Of a stretch of 64,000 nucleotides of DNA, positions 46,630 through 60,172 are shown piece by piece. The DNA is taken from NCBI GenBank assembly GCA_030390025.1, contig CM059431.1:120096001-120160000 (forward strand), written 5' to 3'. Under the pieces are notes generated by a model. That model was given only the letters and a program-made list of their open reading frames with translations, did not search any database and was not told the DNA's origin. The translations under genes and the position numbers were made by a program. Source of the DNA: Squalus acanthias. Lineage: Eukaryota. Numbering within the stretch: the stretch's first letter is position 1; each line of letters opens with the position of its first letter.

Positions 46630-49600
46630 ACTACCCTTGTGTTTTATCTTCCTCTTACGCGTGCTTCTACGTGGTGCTTCCCCTGTACCTTCAGCAGATG
46701 TGGAGGCCCCTTGCTCACTTTCATGCTGCTCCTGCCTCAACACCTTTGGCGGGCGTCCTCTGGGGTTGCGAGCCTCTGAGACCTCGGCAACAGTCTGTTC
46801 CTCCTGCGGCTGTGCAGGGGCTGGGACGCCCATCTCAGTTGGGTGAGGACTCTGATGGGACTCTGACCGAGGGCTCCGCAGTGGCATGGGAGTCTGAGCA
46901 CTTGGAGAGGAGCCCCCACTTCCTTGTTGTCTGCCACCAACATCCCTCTCATGGGTCAGCCTCACTTCAGTGCTAGCAAGTGGCTTGACAGCACCTTGCT
47001 GCACATCAGGGGGGCCATGAGGACCCATATCTGCACTGGCAGTCCTACTCCAGAGGACTTCCATGAAGCTCTGGTTTCTCTGCTCAATAGCAGTCCATCG
47101 CTCCTCTAGAGATATCAGTTTATTAGAACATTCACCATGTTTTTAACACTCTGGCGACTTAGCTCCTCCATGGCCGTAGCCATCCCCATCTCTACCATAG
47201 CCATCCTTTCCACGGAGGATGTCATCTTTTCCGTGGTGATGCATTCATGCACCAACGCCTCCACAAAGGCTCTGCTCATGTTAGCGATGGACTCCTCCAT
47301 CCTCTCCACACTCGCAGTGACCCTGGAGGCAAAACCTGCCAGAGACTCCTGCACCTGTTCCTAGAGTTCCAGCACCACTCTCCTTCTGGATGGACCCAGA
47401 GGCATAGGGTCCACATGCTGCTGAGCAGAGCTGGGAGCGCCCTGTAGCCTCCGACGAGGACTCTCCACTGCTGTCCCTGTCTCCACTATCTGCTGTTGTT
47501 CACTTGTGAGCTGTGATACAACAGGTGACAACACTACTCTTTGTCCCGAAGGTCCCACCTAGGTGTGCGTCTCTGCGCTGGTGCTGGGTGCGCTTACTTC
47601 TGCTGACGCTGCATCCTCAGAGGTTGCAGGTTCTTCTGAGGAGTTTTCAGGCTCAGGCTCTTCCTCCTGGACAGTGGGAAGGAGGGCTGTCGATGGTCCT
47701 GTGGGGGAGTAAAGGCATGAGTTAAACATGTGATTTAAACATAACATGCACATAGAATTGTGCAGATTATCATAAATCAATCTGTTTGAGCATCAGAAGC
47801 CATATCAGTCACTCATGCAATCTAAATGAGAGAGATGACAAACTATTCTGTCACCAGCTTGCTCTGATGCGCCCGTCTGTCCGTCCCCCACTTCCACATC
47901 CTCCTCAGCACCAACGATCTCTAGGGCCGCCTCCTCAGTGCTGGTGAGATGGGCATTGAGGGTGGCCCTCCTCCTGTCTTCGCCCTTTCCCTCTTATTGT
48001 GGGCTCTCTTTTCCTGCAATGACAGACACAAGTGGAGTTTGAATGAGAATGATGGAGTCAGTGTAGATAATCCATAGCATAGATGCTTAGAAGGACACAA
48101 AGATGGAGTGAGGTCCCAATACTAAGGGCCCTCCATGTGTGTTGTTAGTTGTTGTCATTGCATTACAGTGATAGGGAGTGGGAGGGCAGCATAGTTGAAT
48201 AGTTAAGTGAATGTGTACATAGAGAGAGAGGGAATGGTTAAGGGTGCAAGGGATGTAAGCGTAAAGTGGGATGTATAGGAGTAGGTTGACAATGCAGAGT
48301 GCTGGTGCTGAGAGGAGATGGGGAGCAGAATGAGGGTAAAGGTGATGCTATACTCACTTTTCCTGTGTGGACAACATAATTGAACCTCTTTCGGCACTGC
48401 AGCCAGGTTCTGCTGCACATTTGATGTGGAACTGACCTCCTGAGCAAGTTGCAGCCACACGGCTTTGGTCTGCTGCTGCAAGGGGGTCTTTCGTGGCCTG
48501 TGATTCTTTGCTATTGCTTGCTCTGGTCTCCGGCCAGACTTTTGCAATAATCACCTGTGAGTGGTTCGACCCACTCGCCCTTACGGTTCTGACACCTGGA
48601 CTTAGATGCAAAGGAGCAGTAATGCAGAGAAAAGTCTCAAATAGACCTGGTTGAATAACACGAAATGAATGCCTTTATTGTACGGTGTCCAAAATAATGA
48701 AATACATGTCATATGCGCAGATCAAAGAAATTACAAGTATACACACGTCTATAAAACTTGGTCTATACAAATGGGGAACACACGGCACATCGTAAAGGGG
48801 GGAACACATTACACATTAACCTTAGGAACCACCCTCCCTTACAATACCTAAACTACGTCTGGATTTGTAGGATCGGGAAACATGCTCACCACTCGGGTTA
48901 CTTCGGAATTTAAAATGAGGCTCGCAGCCTTTCGCTGCAGCGCCTGGCTGTCACGTGGCTGTAAGGGTTTCTGAGCTCGACTTGTTTACACTCGCTGCCG
49001 CGATGGACCCACTTGAGACAGCCCTGATGAACGTTCATCGCGGATGGCCCAGGCTACCCGCTCAAATAACCAGAAGATAAGCCTGTCTTCCTGGATCTTC
49101 GGTAGGATTCAAAAAGGTGGATTTGAACCTACTTCGTCGTTTATCTTCGGGCGCGGTCAGGGTTTTACTGACCGTGGCATCTCCCACGTGGAATTTCTTC
49201 TCGTCATTCGGGCCTCGCTCGGCCGAGATTCTTGTCTTCTTCGCTACCGGCGGCTGGTCGCTCGGGAACACACCGCTGCGTTGCCCTGATGGATCCGGAC
49301 ACCGTTTACCGACGATCGGGATGGTGTACCCTACTGCCTGCCGTGTCGAGGTGGCTCGTTCTGATGTTCCATTTCTGGCCGACACGGACCACGAACAACG
49401 AACTCAAACCCGAACTCCACCCAACACTCGAACAACCGACCAACACAGCAATCCGCAACTCTTCCAATCTCACTGTACCTAATCCGTAACTCATCCGTAA
49501 CCCCTGATGAGCATTCGTCCTCTATAGTTATACTGTTTGGCCGGGCCTTATCTCCCACTCAAATCAAGATGCTGTCTTTTGTTTAATTTTGGCGCCCAAA

Positions 49601-50266
49601 GTTCCCGGTATGGGGTAATTGTCTTCTTAACTAGTTTCGGGATCACCCGAAACTGGCCAACTACCCGTTAATGTCTTCTTCATTGTTGAGCTAGGCAGGA
49701 TGTGTATACTTGTCTCCTCAACTGGTTTTGGGATTACCTGAAAAGTGGCCCAATCACCCGTCAATGTCTCTCTCATTGTTGAGCTGGGGGGGGTATTTGT
49801 GTATTGATGTGTCTGGATGGGCCCCCGATTGTCCAGTGCAATGATTCTCACCGTGCATATGAAACAATTCAAGCACTTATATCATTATTTTTGTCCAAAA
49901 CGCAATTGGGTTGCATCCTGCCTTCCCAATCTATACCGTGCATGGTTTCATTATGAATGTATATTCAGCGCCATCTTGTCTGCTCACTATCTTCTGGAAA
50001 ACGTCTGTCACGATGCTCGGTGGCCATTTTACAGGCTGCTGTGTCCTTATATTTAAAAGCAGCCTTTCGTTCAATAAAAATGTACAATTGAACCTGCTTC
50101 TCTCACTTTATTAGAATCACGATAATTGCAAAACTCTACACTGGGGAGGTTTTTTCCTCCCAGAGGAAGGAAACAGCACCTCCTTTTGTGCTCTAGCTCC
50201 CTCCACCAGAGCATGGAGGGAGTCATCATCAAACCGTGGTGAAGCCTTGGGCCTTGAAGAAGACAT
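46630..50266 (-). pseudogene. Harbinger Myb/SANT gene; exon 1 split by a solo LTR
   Basis: MSSSRPKASPRFDDDSLHALVEG..KKPP|QQTKAVWLQLAQEV..CRKRFN rejoins across 48477-50140. Confidence 0.82.
48477..50140 (-). mobile_element. Solo LTR (~1.66 kb) related to the LTR at 60173-61985
   Basis: Minus strand TGTAGAG...CCTTGCA; imperfect 4-bp TSD (CTGC/CTGG); colinear conserved blocks with 60173-61985; internal ~90-bp duplication at ~49650-49790. Confidence 0.85.
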
Positions 50267-50552
50267 CCCACGAGCTCCAAACACTTTGAAGAGAAGCAAG
50301 GACAAGTGTAGAGGCTGAAAATGAACCAAGGCTGCTTGGAGCCCTGAAATGCAGCTGGAGAAATTACGTCATCAGAGGCGAGTTTTAGGCCCAAAAAACT
50401 AATTGGGCCAGGGGTGCACACACGCTGGGGATCAATTGCCCAATTAGGGCAAAATAGCTAAATTATCCCGCCTGACAGTGGAGGCAGGATCGGGACCTGC
50501 CGACCACCTGACCCGCATCCAACCCGCCACCAATGGCAAAATCCAGCCCTGT

Positions 50553-51389
50553 GGGCTGGATTTTCTCAGCCCCGAGGAGGCGGGAAAGGAGGGGGGACTG
50601 CCGGGAAAGTTGCAGAATTTAGGGGCGGCTGGCAAACCCGCCCCCAACCCGCCTCCGTGCCTTTTGCCAGGAGGTGGGAAGCCGTCCGGCCCCGGGTCCC
50701 GTCTCCTTGGAGGCGGGAAGGGATTAAAGCCTGTTAACTGCCAGGTAGTTAACAGGCAGGAAATAGGATTATTCCCATTTTTTGTGCTGAAGTACGGGCT
50801 TCCCGACCTGGGGGATCCCCGCCAGGGTGAAGGAGGTGAGTAGGAGGTCTGCGGGGGTCGGAGGGGTCTGAAAGTGCGATGTAGAGGTGAGTGATGGGTG
50901 CAAGTGTAGAGTGGTAAGTATGTGAGGTGAGTGTAAAGTGTTAGAAAATGTTAACTTACCTTTGTTTCTACCTACAGCCTTCAACCGCTGTAGAGCCAGA
51001 GTCCCCGACATCTCCATTGTAGAGATCACAGACTGGCTGTTGCATCCTCCGATCCAACAGCCAGCTGATTTCTGCAAAGTAGAAAGGTTTGATGAGTCCT
51101 GAACACAAGTACTAATCAAACTACACAGAATTTCAGTGTTTGACAGCTTCACAGAGTTGTCAAACGATAACATTTCTTCTTTCAAAAGTTCTTGACAGAT
51201 GACACGTCATACGTTGGCGTGCTCTGTCACTGACTTCCCCTAATTGGCCCGCTGAGCCCACCGGGCGGGCTTAACAAGGTCAATCAGGGGAAATTCTTGC
51301 TGGTTGGCCAGAAGCTGATAGAGGCGGGATTGAAACCCGGCAAGCAGCAGTCCCGCCTCCAAATGCTTCCCATTCAGAAAATCCAGCCC
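50553..51389. mobile_element. Harbinger-type MITE, family B
   Basis: TIRs GGGCTGGATTTTCT / AGAAAATCCAGCCC; flanked by TGT and TAT. Confidence 0.88.
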
Positions 51390-52582
51390 TATGTGTATCT
51401 CTTCACGGAAGAAGATGCAAAAAACTTCCCGGAAATAGTGGAGATCCAAGGGTCTAGTGAGAATGAGGAACTGAAAGAAAGGAGTATTAGTAAAAAAAAT
51501 ATGACTGGAGAAATTAATGGGACCGAAAGCCGATACATTCCCTGGACCTGATGGCCTACATCCTAGGCTTTTGAAAGAGTTGGCTATAGAGATAGTGGAT
51601 GCATTGGTTGTCATTTTCCAAAATTCCATAGATTCTAGAATGATTCCCGCGGATTGGAAGGTAGCAAATGTAACCCCACTATTTCAGAAAGGAGGGAGAG
51701 TGAAAATGGAGAGTTACAGACCAGTTAGCCTGGCATCAGTAGCAGGGAAAATGCTAGAATCTATTAGTAAGGACGTGGTAACAGGGCACTTAGAAAATAT
51801 TAATAGGCTTGGGCAGAGTCAACATGGATTTATGAAGGGGAAATCATGTTTGACAAATCTCTTAGAGTTTTTTGAGGTTGTAACTAGCAGAATAGATAAG
51901 GGGGAAGCAGTGGATGTGGTGTATTTGGGTTTTCAGAAGGCATTCGATAATGTGCCACACAAGAGGTTATTAAACAAAATTAGGACTCATGGGATTGGGA
52001 GCAATATACTAGCAAGGATTGAGGATTAGTTAGCAGACAGAAAGTAGGAATAAATGGGTCATTTTTGGGTTGGCAGGCTGTAACTAGTGGGGTACCGCAA
52101 GGATCAGTGCTTGGGCCTCAGCTATTCACAATCTATATCATGATTTGGATGAGCGGACCTAATGTAATATATTCAAGTTTGCTGATGATACAAAGCTGGG
52201 TGGGAATGTAAGTTGTGAGGAGGATGCAAAGAGGCTTCAAAGGGATATAGACAAGCTAAGTGACTGGGCAAGAACATAGCAAATGGAATATAATGTGGAG
52301 AAATGTGAAATTAATCACTTTGGTAGGAAAAATAGAAAAGCAGAGTATTTTTTAAATGGTAAGCGATTGAGAAATGTTGGTGTTCAGAGGGACCTGTGTG
52401 TCCTTGTACATGAATCATTGAAAGTTAACATGCAGGAACAGCAAGCAATTAGGAAAGCAAATGGTATGTTGGCCTTTATTACAAGAGGATTTGGGTATGA
52501 GAGTAAAGACGTCTTACTGCAATTATATAGGGCCCTGGTGAGATCACACCTGGAGTATTGTGTACAGATTTGGTCTCCTTAC

Positions 52583-53212
52583 AACAACAACTTGTATTTA
52601 TATAGCGCCTTTAACATAGTAAAACGTCCCAAGGTGCTGCACAAGATATTTTAAGACAAAAAATTTGACACGAGCCACATAAGGATAAATTAGGGCAGGT
52701 GGCCAAAAGCTTGGTCAAAGAGGTAGGTTTTAAGGAGCGTCTTAATGGAGGAAAGAGAGGTAGAGAGGCAGAAAGGTTTAGGCAGGGAATTCCAAAGCTT
52801 AGGGCCTAGGCAACAGAAGGCACGGCCACCAATGTTTGAGCGATTATAATCAGGGACGCTCAAGAGGGCAGAATTAGAGGAGCGCAGATATCTCGGGGTG
52901 TTGTGGGGCTGAAGGAGATTACAGAGATAGGAAAGGGCGAGGCCATGGAGGGATTTGAGGATGAGAATTTTGAAATCGAGGCGCTCCTTAACAAGGAGCC
53001 AATGTAGGTCAGCAAGTACAGGGGAGATGGGTGAATGGGATTTGGTGCGAGTTAGGATATGGGCAGCCGAGTTTTGGATGACCTCAACTTTACTTAGGGT
53101 GGAATGTGGGAGGCCAGCCAGGAGTGCGTTGGAATAGTCAAGTCTAGAGGTGACAAAGGAATGGATGAGGGTTTCAGCAGCAGTTGAGCTGAGGCGAGGG
53201 CGGAGACAGAGA
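52583..53212 (-). mobile_element. L2-type LINE 3' fragment inserted in CR1
   Basis: Reverse complement of the family at 55560-57708 with (CAA)n tail; CTTAC TSD (52578-52582, 53213-53217). Confidence 0.85.
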
Positions 53213-54574
53213 CTTACCTAAGGAAGGATATACTTGCCATAGAGGGAGTGCAACGAATATTCACCAGACTGATTCCTAGGATGGGGGGATTGTCTTATGA
53301 GGAGAGATTGAGTAGACTAGGCCTATATTCTTTAGAGTTTAGAAGAATGAGAGGTGATCTCATTGAAACATACAAAATTCTTACAGGGCTTGACAGGGTA
53401 GATGCAGGGAGGATGTTTCTCCTGGCTGGGGAGTCTAGACCAGGGGTCACAGTCTCAAAATAAGGGGTCGGCCATTTAGGACTGAGATGAGGAGAAATCT
53501 CTTCACTCAGAGGGTGGTGAATCTTTGGAATTCTCTACCCCAGAGGGCTGTGGAGGTTCAGTCATTGAGTATATTCAAGACAGAGATCGATAGATTTTTG
53601 GATATTAAGGGAATCAAGAGATATGGGGATAGTGCAGGATAGTGGAGTTGAGATGGAAGATCAGCCATGATCTTATTGAATGGCAGAGCAGGTTCGAGGG
53701 GCAAAATGGCATACTCCTGCTCCTATTTCTTATGTTCTTATTGTGACCAAATGATGCTGTGATGGTCAATAACAGATGGAAGGTAAGGTGTGGGAAAAAT
53801 GTTGAAAGGGGAAAGAGAAATTGGGGTTGTGGTCACTGGTACCACAGGTGGCTGATTCCATCCCGGATATCCCGGCCAGAAAGGTGCTGTCTGGGTTGCA
53901 TCCTTCCTTCTGCTTCACCTCTTCTGCTTCTTCCTCTTCTGCGTCTTCCTCTTCTGCGTCTTCCTCTTCTGTGTCTTTTTCTTCTGCTTCTTCCTCTTGC
54001 CTCTGCGTGTGGATGCTGTAATCTGAAATAAAACCATAAAATGCTGAAAATACTCAGCCGGTCAGGCATCATCTTGAACTGACACCTGAACTCTGTTTCT
54101 CTCTTCTCGGATGCTGCCTGACCTGTTGAGTATTTCTAGCATTTTCTGTCTTCTCAGAGGTCTTCCTTTACCATCCGAGGCCTTGCAAGCATCCAGCAGC
54201 ACTCCCAGCACACTTAAAAAACTTTTAACATGTATTGCGCCAAGCCGCTTCTTCAATAAAATATTAAAAAATCTAGTCCAAAAATGTAAATGCAGACTTA
54301 ACTGAAAGATGTGTGTGTCCCTTTAAGAAGTGCTGTCAGCGTTTCTGTCAATCTGCTGCATGCTCACTTTTCAGAGCGAGCTTAGGACCCAGCGCTAAAC
54401 TCAGTGGTAAGGTCTAAGTTAGCAGAGCATGATGTTAAGTTGGCATTGCACACCGACTGACGTCACACTCTCTTCATTTGCATCTCCAGGGCCAGCACTG
54501 CTGTTGGCCTCACCAAAATCTTTTCCAGGATTGCAGCGGTAACTCATGGCAGTAAGTAGCCCAATTTCTGAGCC

Positions 54575-55040
54575 TTTCTCTGTCTACTCTATCAAAACCT
54601 TTCATAATTTTAAAGACCTCTATTAAGTCACCCCTCAGCCTTTTTAAAGAGACCCAGCCTGTTCATCATTTCCTATAGGTACAACCTCGCAGTTCTGGTA
54701 TCATCCTTGTAAATCTTTGTTGTGCCCTCTCCAGTGCCTCTATATCCTTTTTATAATATGACGACCAGAACTGCACACAGTACTCCAAGTGTGGTTTGAC
54801 CAAGATTCGATACAAGTTTAGCATAACTTCCCTACTTTTCAATTCTATCCCTGTAGAAATAAATCCTAGTGCCTGGTTTTCTTTTGTTATGGTCTTATTG
54901 ACCTACGTCACAACTTTTAGTGATTTGTGTATTTGTCCTCCCAGATCCTTTTGCTCCTCTACCCCATTTAGATTAATATTTTCCAAGTAATATGAGACCT
55001 CCTTATTTTTCTTACCAAAATGTAATACCTCACACATATT
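54575..55040 (-). mobile_element. CR1 RT fragment (continues at ~34490-34522)
   Basis: Minus strand PHLEYCVQFWSS..DLIEVFKIMKGFDRVD. Confidence 0.8.
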
Positions 55041-55058
55041 TTTGTCAATATTTTTGTT

Positions 55059-55390
55059 TCACCAATTGAAGGTAAGTCTGTTAAGTAAGAATTGTTTATC
55101 AGATAGTAAACTGTGTCCTTCCTGTATTCTGTTCACGATTCTAAGTGAAGTGTCACATGAGCTTCCCCAGGTATGGAGCCAGTATTCATGTCTTGGCTCG
55201 ATTTGGGATTTATAAAGCTTTAACAGTTGTTGAGCAGAGAAGCGTTTGTCATAGAAGAGCTTCTTGGAGTCAGCTTCAGCATGAAAGAAATCTGGCAGAT
55301 TCACAAAGTCATAAGATATAGTGAAAGCAAGAACCTTAATCAATGAAGAAGGATTTATTCTGGAGCCATCAATGGTAGTAGATGGGAATG
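55059..55390 (-). mobile_element. Old non-LTR RT C-terminal remnant
   Basis: LYKSQIEPRHEYWLHTWG..RIQ resembles the LYKxxIRPxxEY motif. Confidence 0.5.
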
Positions 55391-55559
55391 GTTGGTTTGA
55401 TTAGCAAGAGACTGAAGAATCTGAGACCGAACATCTGTGACCTTTCTGGATCTTAGATCTTCAGTGGTTAGAATCTCATGGAAAATGTTAAAATCTCATT
55501 GATTAGTGGCATAATGAATAATTTACCACATTCCAAGTAGGACATGTAAGGGTAAATTC

Positions 55560-57708
55560 AGTGAGGCTCCACTCCCAATATGGAATCTTCTAACAACCAT
55601 ACCCTCACCTCCACCTTTCTTGCCCTAGTCCCCATTAAAACCATTACTCTCTCTCATCCTGGCCGTTCCCCCGATACAACCCTCATCTCCACTCCCTTAA
55701 GTCCAAAGCATGCAGACTTGAACAGCCAACTGGTTTAGCCATTCACCACCAGATCTGGCTGGACCACTTAAAGCAGTATCGGGTCCTGTTCTCATCTGCC
55801 AAACCTGCTCATTAATACAAAGATAACCCCTGGCTTCTTTTCTCTACTGCAAACTGTCTTCTTAAACCCCTCTCCCCTGTCTCCTCCACCTTCACTTCCA
55901 ACAATACGTGTGAGCAGCTCATGGACTGTTTTGTCACTAAGATTGAGACCATCTGATCAGCTGCCTCTGCCGCTTCCCTCCCACCGGGCCAAACTTCCTC
56001 TGAGGATCCCCCCTGCCCTAACCTTGAAGTCAAGTCTTTCTCTAGTTTCTCTCCTATCTTCCCTCATGACCTCTCCGCACTCATCTTGTCCATGAGACCC
56101 ACCTCCTGCTCCCTTGATCCTATTCCAACTAAACTGCTGACCACCCAACTTCCCTTCCTGGCTCCTATGTTAGCTGATATTGTTAATGGTTCTCTCTCCT
56201 CAGGTACTGACCCCCATCCTTCAAATCTGCCATCATTACCCATCTCCTCAAAAGCCAAACCCTTGACCCCTCCGTCCTTGCAAACTACCGCCCCATCTCC
56301 AACCTCCTTTTCCTCTCCACAGTTCTTGAATGTGTTGTCGCCTCCCAAATCCGTGCCCATCTTTCTCGGAACTCCGTATTTGAATCCCTCCAATCAGGTT
56401 TCTGCCCCTGCCACAGTACCGAAACGGCTCTCATCAAAATCACAAATGACATCCTATATGACTGTGACAAAAATAAACTTTTCCCTCTGTGTCCTTCTCG
56501 ACCTGTCTGCAGCCTTTGACACGGTTGACAACACCATCCTCCTCCAACGCCTCTCCACCGTCGTCCAGCTGGGTGGGACTGCACTCGCCTGGTTCCATTC
56601 TTACCTGTCTCGTCATAGCCAGAGAATCACCTGCAATGGCTTCTCTTCCCGCTCCTGCACAGTTACCTCTGGTGTCCCCCAAGGATCTATCCTTGGCCCC
56701 CTCCTATTTCTCATTTACATTCTGCCACCTCGGCGACATCACCCAAAAACACAGTGTCAGTTTCCATATGTATGCGGACAACACCCAGCTTTACCTCACC
56801 ACCAGCTCCCTCGACCCCTGCACTGTCTCTAAATTGTCAGACTGCTTGTCCAACATTCAGTACTGGAGGAGCAAAAATTTCCTCCAAGTAAATATTGAAA
56901 AGACCGAAGCTATTGTTTTCGGACCTCGCCACGAACTCTGTTCCCTAACCCCCGACTCCATCCCTCTCCCTGGCAACTGTCTGAGGCTGAACCAGGCTGG
57001 TTGAAACCTTGGTGTCATATTTGACCTCAAGATGATCTTCCGACCACATATCCGTGCCTTCACCAAGAGCGCCTATTTCCACCTCCTCAGCATCGGCTAA
57101 TTCTGCCCTGCCTCAGCTCATCTGCTGCTGAAACCCTCGTCCATATCTTTGTTACCACAAGACTTGACTATTCCAATGCACTCCTGTCCGTCCTCCCACG
57201 TTCTACCCTCCGTAAACTTGAGGTCGTCCAAAGCTCGGCTGCCCCTTTCCTAACTCGCACCAAGTCATGTTCACCCAACACCCCTGTGCTCTCTGACCTA
57301 CACTGGCTCCCGGTTAAGCAACGCCTCGATTTAAAAATTCCTTGTTTTCAAATCCCTCCATGGCCTTGCTCCTCCCTATCTCTGTAATCTCCTCCAGCCC
57401 TATAACCCTCCGAGTTATCTGCACTCCTTCATTTCTGACCTCTTGAACATGCCCGAGTTTAATCATTCCACCATTGGCAGCCGTGCCTTCAGCTGCCAAG
57501 GCCCTATGCTCTGGAATTCCCTCCCTAAACCTCTCCACCTCTCTTTCCTCCTTTAAGATGCTCCCTTAAACCTACCTCTTTGACCAAGCACCTGCCCTAA
57601 TTTATCCTTATGTGGCTCAGTGTCAAATTTTGTTTGATAACACTGCTGTGAAGCGCTTGGGACGTTTTATTACGATAAAGGCGCTATATAAATACAAGTT
57701 GTTGTTGT
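55560..57708 (+). mobile_element. L2-clade LINE, 5'-truncated, frameshifted
   Basis: SCSLDPIPTKLL, LLDLSAAFDTVD, GVPQGSILGP, YADNTQLY, RLDYSNALL; tail ..AAATACAAGTTGTTGTTG. Confidence 0.92.
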
Positions 57709-57741
57709 AGATCAGAAAAACTACTCTTCATGTTATAGCCC

Positions 57742-57960
57742 TGACATGAATCTGTCATTCATGACTTATGAAATAATACTGAGTGGCCTGCAGGTGGCGC
57801 TGTCCAGGGAGAGTATAAATACTCGGGCACGGGCCCAGCTTGCACAGGACATTCTTAACCGGAACCAGTGAAGGACACAACTAGACCTCCATGTTGTAAA
57901 ACAGTTGATTAAAGCTTTGTTTAATGCTTAGACCAAGTGCCTAGTAGTTTTCTTACGTCA
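57742..57960 (+). mobile_element. Small solo LTR (219 bp)
   Basis: TGAC...GTCA ends; perfect AGCCC TSD; TATAAATA at 57814; ATTAAA at 57908. Confidence 0.8.
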
Positions 57961-60039
57961 AGCCCTATATGTGATCTATGCTGCTATCTAGTGATAATTT
58001 ACCCTGTCACACAGATCTGAACACAGGTTTACTGAATGATCCTTTCTTTTTCCCAGAATACCCATTTCTTTTCTGTAACTGCCTGTACTGATTTAAGTTT
58101 ACCTGCATTTCCAAAACTAGCTTTTTTTTTTAATAATGTTGCTGTAATGTTAAAATCAGCATCTCAATCAAGGCTGGTTGCCATAATAATTTGGGATTTA
58201 TTTGGTAAATAAAGAGATAATTGTGCACATTCTAAAGTCTGTCATACCAATGTGATGAAATAGATCCTTTGCAATACCTAAGTAGCCAGGCATTGCCTTA
58301 TTCCATTCACATAACAGGGGCTTGATTAAAACAGCCATTTGAGAGTCTCATATTCTCATATCAAGGGGGAGCGACACTTCAATCAGGCTAGTGACTTTGG
58401 GTGATAGGTCGGTAGGCTAAATCCTGACACCACAAATTCAAGGGGCTGGTTCTCTCTCTATCTCTCTTAGACAGCGTGGTGGAGAATATCGTGGCAGGCA
58501 CTACAGAAAAGCTAGACCAGCTAGCTTTGGAATAGCTTAACTTGAAAGTGGACCTATTCTTTAGCGAGACTAAGGTAGCATCTTTCCAATAACCAAGGAA
58601 TATATGAAATCAACTATTTGTACTGTGAAAGCTTTCTATTGCTCATTCATGCATCTTACATTAAATAAACCATATCACTGGTTTACAGTCAAGCCCCGGC
58701 TCAGTCGAATTCCTTTCAGTCCAAATTTTGTCAAGAAAAGAGGATGCTGTGGCAGCATATTCGATATTCCAATGGTCAGTATATGGAACAAAGGTTCTCA
58801 GTTATGATGGTAAGTTCATGTTATTAGTCAACTAGATATTGGGCAGTGGTACTCTGAATCTTAGAAGACACAAGAATGACTGGTGATGGTGAATCCATGA
58901 GAATATTTAGCACAAACACAAAAATTTGCATCAAAGTATAAACATTGGAGCAAATATTTTAACTTGATTCACCATACTCACTGCCTTTATTCAGTCCAAA
59001 TAGACATGGATTGAGAGATATTCCGGTGCAAATAACTCGCTTATGCAGTATTTTTCATCCTAATACTTGGAGGAAGCTCAGAAATAAACTATTATTAAAA
59101 GAAAAATTATACAAATTATTATGAAATAATCACATTTAAGGAATGTATTTTTGGTGTTTTATCTATGATATCATTCTTTTTCAATCAGATTTATGGCAGG
59201 GGGTGGTCAGCGATTTATTCAAATCAATTAAATGGTGACATGTGGACTAAAAAATGACCATACTGTTTTGTGATAACAATCTCACTGGTTCATTTGTGTC
59301 CTGGGAATGGAACCTACCAACACTATCTGGTCTTGCCTACATGTAACTCTTAATTCCCTTCGGGCAATTAGGGATAGGCAATAAATACTCCCTTGCTGGT
59401 GTAGCCGACAGCCCAAGATCAAATAAAATAAAGGTTCCAGGATATTGGTTTAGTGGCGAAGATGGAACAACAGTATATGCTCAAGCTGATGGAGAACTTG
59501 CAGGTAATGGTGTTCCTATAAGATTGCTGCACTTGTCCTTCTCAATGGTAGAGTTCACAGGGGAGCGAGGTGCTGTTAAGGTAATTTTGGTGAGTACAGT
59601 GCAGTCTGTTTATTGTACATATTGCAGCCACAATGCACCTTTGATGGAGGAGGTGGATACAATGGCAGGGGCGCTGGTCCAGCAAACTGCTCTGTCCTGG
59701 ATGGCGTTGAGCTTCTTGAGTGTTGTTTCAGCTGCACCCATCCAGACAAATGGTGTGTATTCCTTCTACAGAAACACTCTACAGTAAAAATGTTCCCTAA
59801 GAAGAATAACAAATTTAAAAATATGTAGCCTTTATAAAGTTGTTTTCAATCCTTGGCAGAATCAATAGATGGCTACTGGACTGGATTTCATCAGGGGCAA
59901 ATGTTGTAAGGCTGAATGATACATTATTGGAAGAGAAAGAATATAATCTTGGGGTGTTCGTGAAATGATATAAAACACAGTTTTAGTTGGAGGAGATTAC
60001 ATTGTTTTCTGACCTGATTTAAAAGATAGAGGGCTGTAA

Positions 60040-60172
60040 CTTTTTATTTATTTGTTCATGGGATGTGGACTTTACTGGTAAGGCCAGCATTTATTGCCCA
60101 TCCCTAATTGCACTTGAGAAGGTGGTGGTGAACCACCTTCTTGAACCACTGCAGTCCATGTGGTGAAGGTAC
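60040..60172 (-). mobile_element. LINE 3' tail, truncated by the LTR insertion
   Basis: Same sequence as ~26448-26568 (GGCCAGCATTTATTGCCCATCCCTAATTG..GAGAAGGTGGTGGTG). Confidence 0.65.

Larger units (their letters stand above)
38686..50549. mobile_element. PIF/Harbinger transposon carrying CR1 and LTR insertions
   Basis: TIRs GGACTGGATTTT / AAAATCCAGCCC; transposase (+) and Myb gene (-) are convergent. Confidence 0.85.
35881..53739 (+). mobile_element. Near full-length degraded CR1 (ORF1 ~36153-37325; ORF2 APE ~37500-38685; RT 51393-53650), split by inserts
   Basis: ORF1 CxxC..CxxC and VVGDSIFRG esterase; APE GDFNL and SDHN; LNKYF at 38685 resumes near 51393 (FTEED); RT FADDTK; 3'UTR to 53739. 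Confidence 0.9.
34523..54574. mobile_element. Degenerate Harbinger-derived element (outer shell: 34523-35880 and 53740-54574)
   Basis: TIRs GGCCTAGAAATT / AATTTCTGAGCC; Myb exon remnant at ~34964-35190; the two halves rejoin (TTTCAGC|ATTGTG) like the intact junction at ~28270; outer flanks rejoin as a minus-strand CR1. Confidence 0.75.

Noticed and set aside
53910..54000. Arg-rich protamine-like ORF (53833-54072)
   Set aside because: It is an alternative frame of the acidic GAA-rich tail of a Harbinger transposase remnant.
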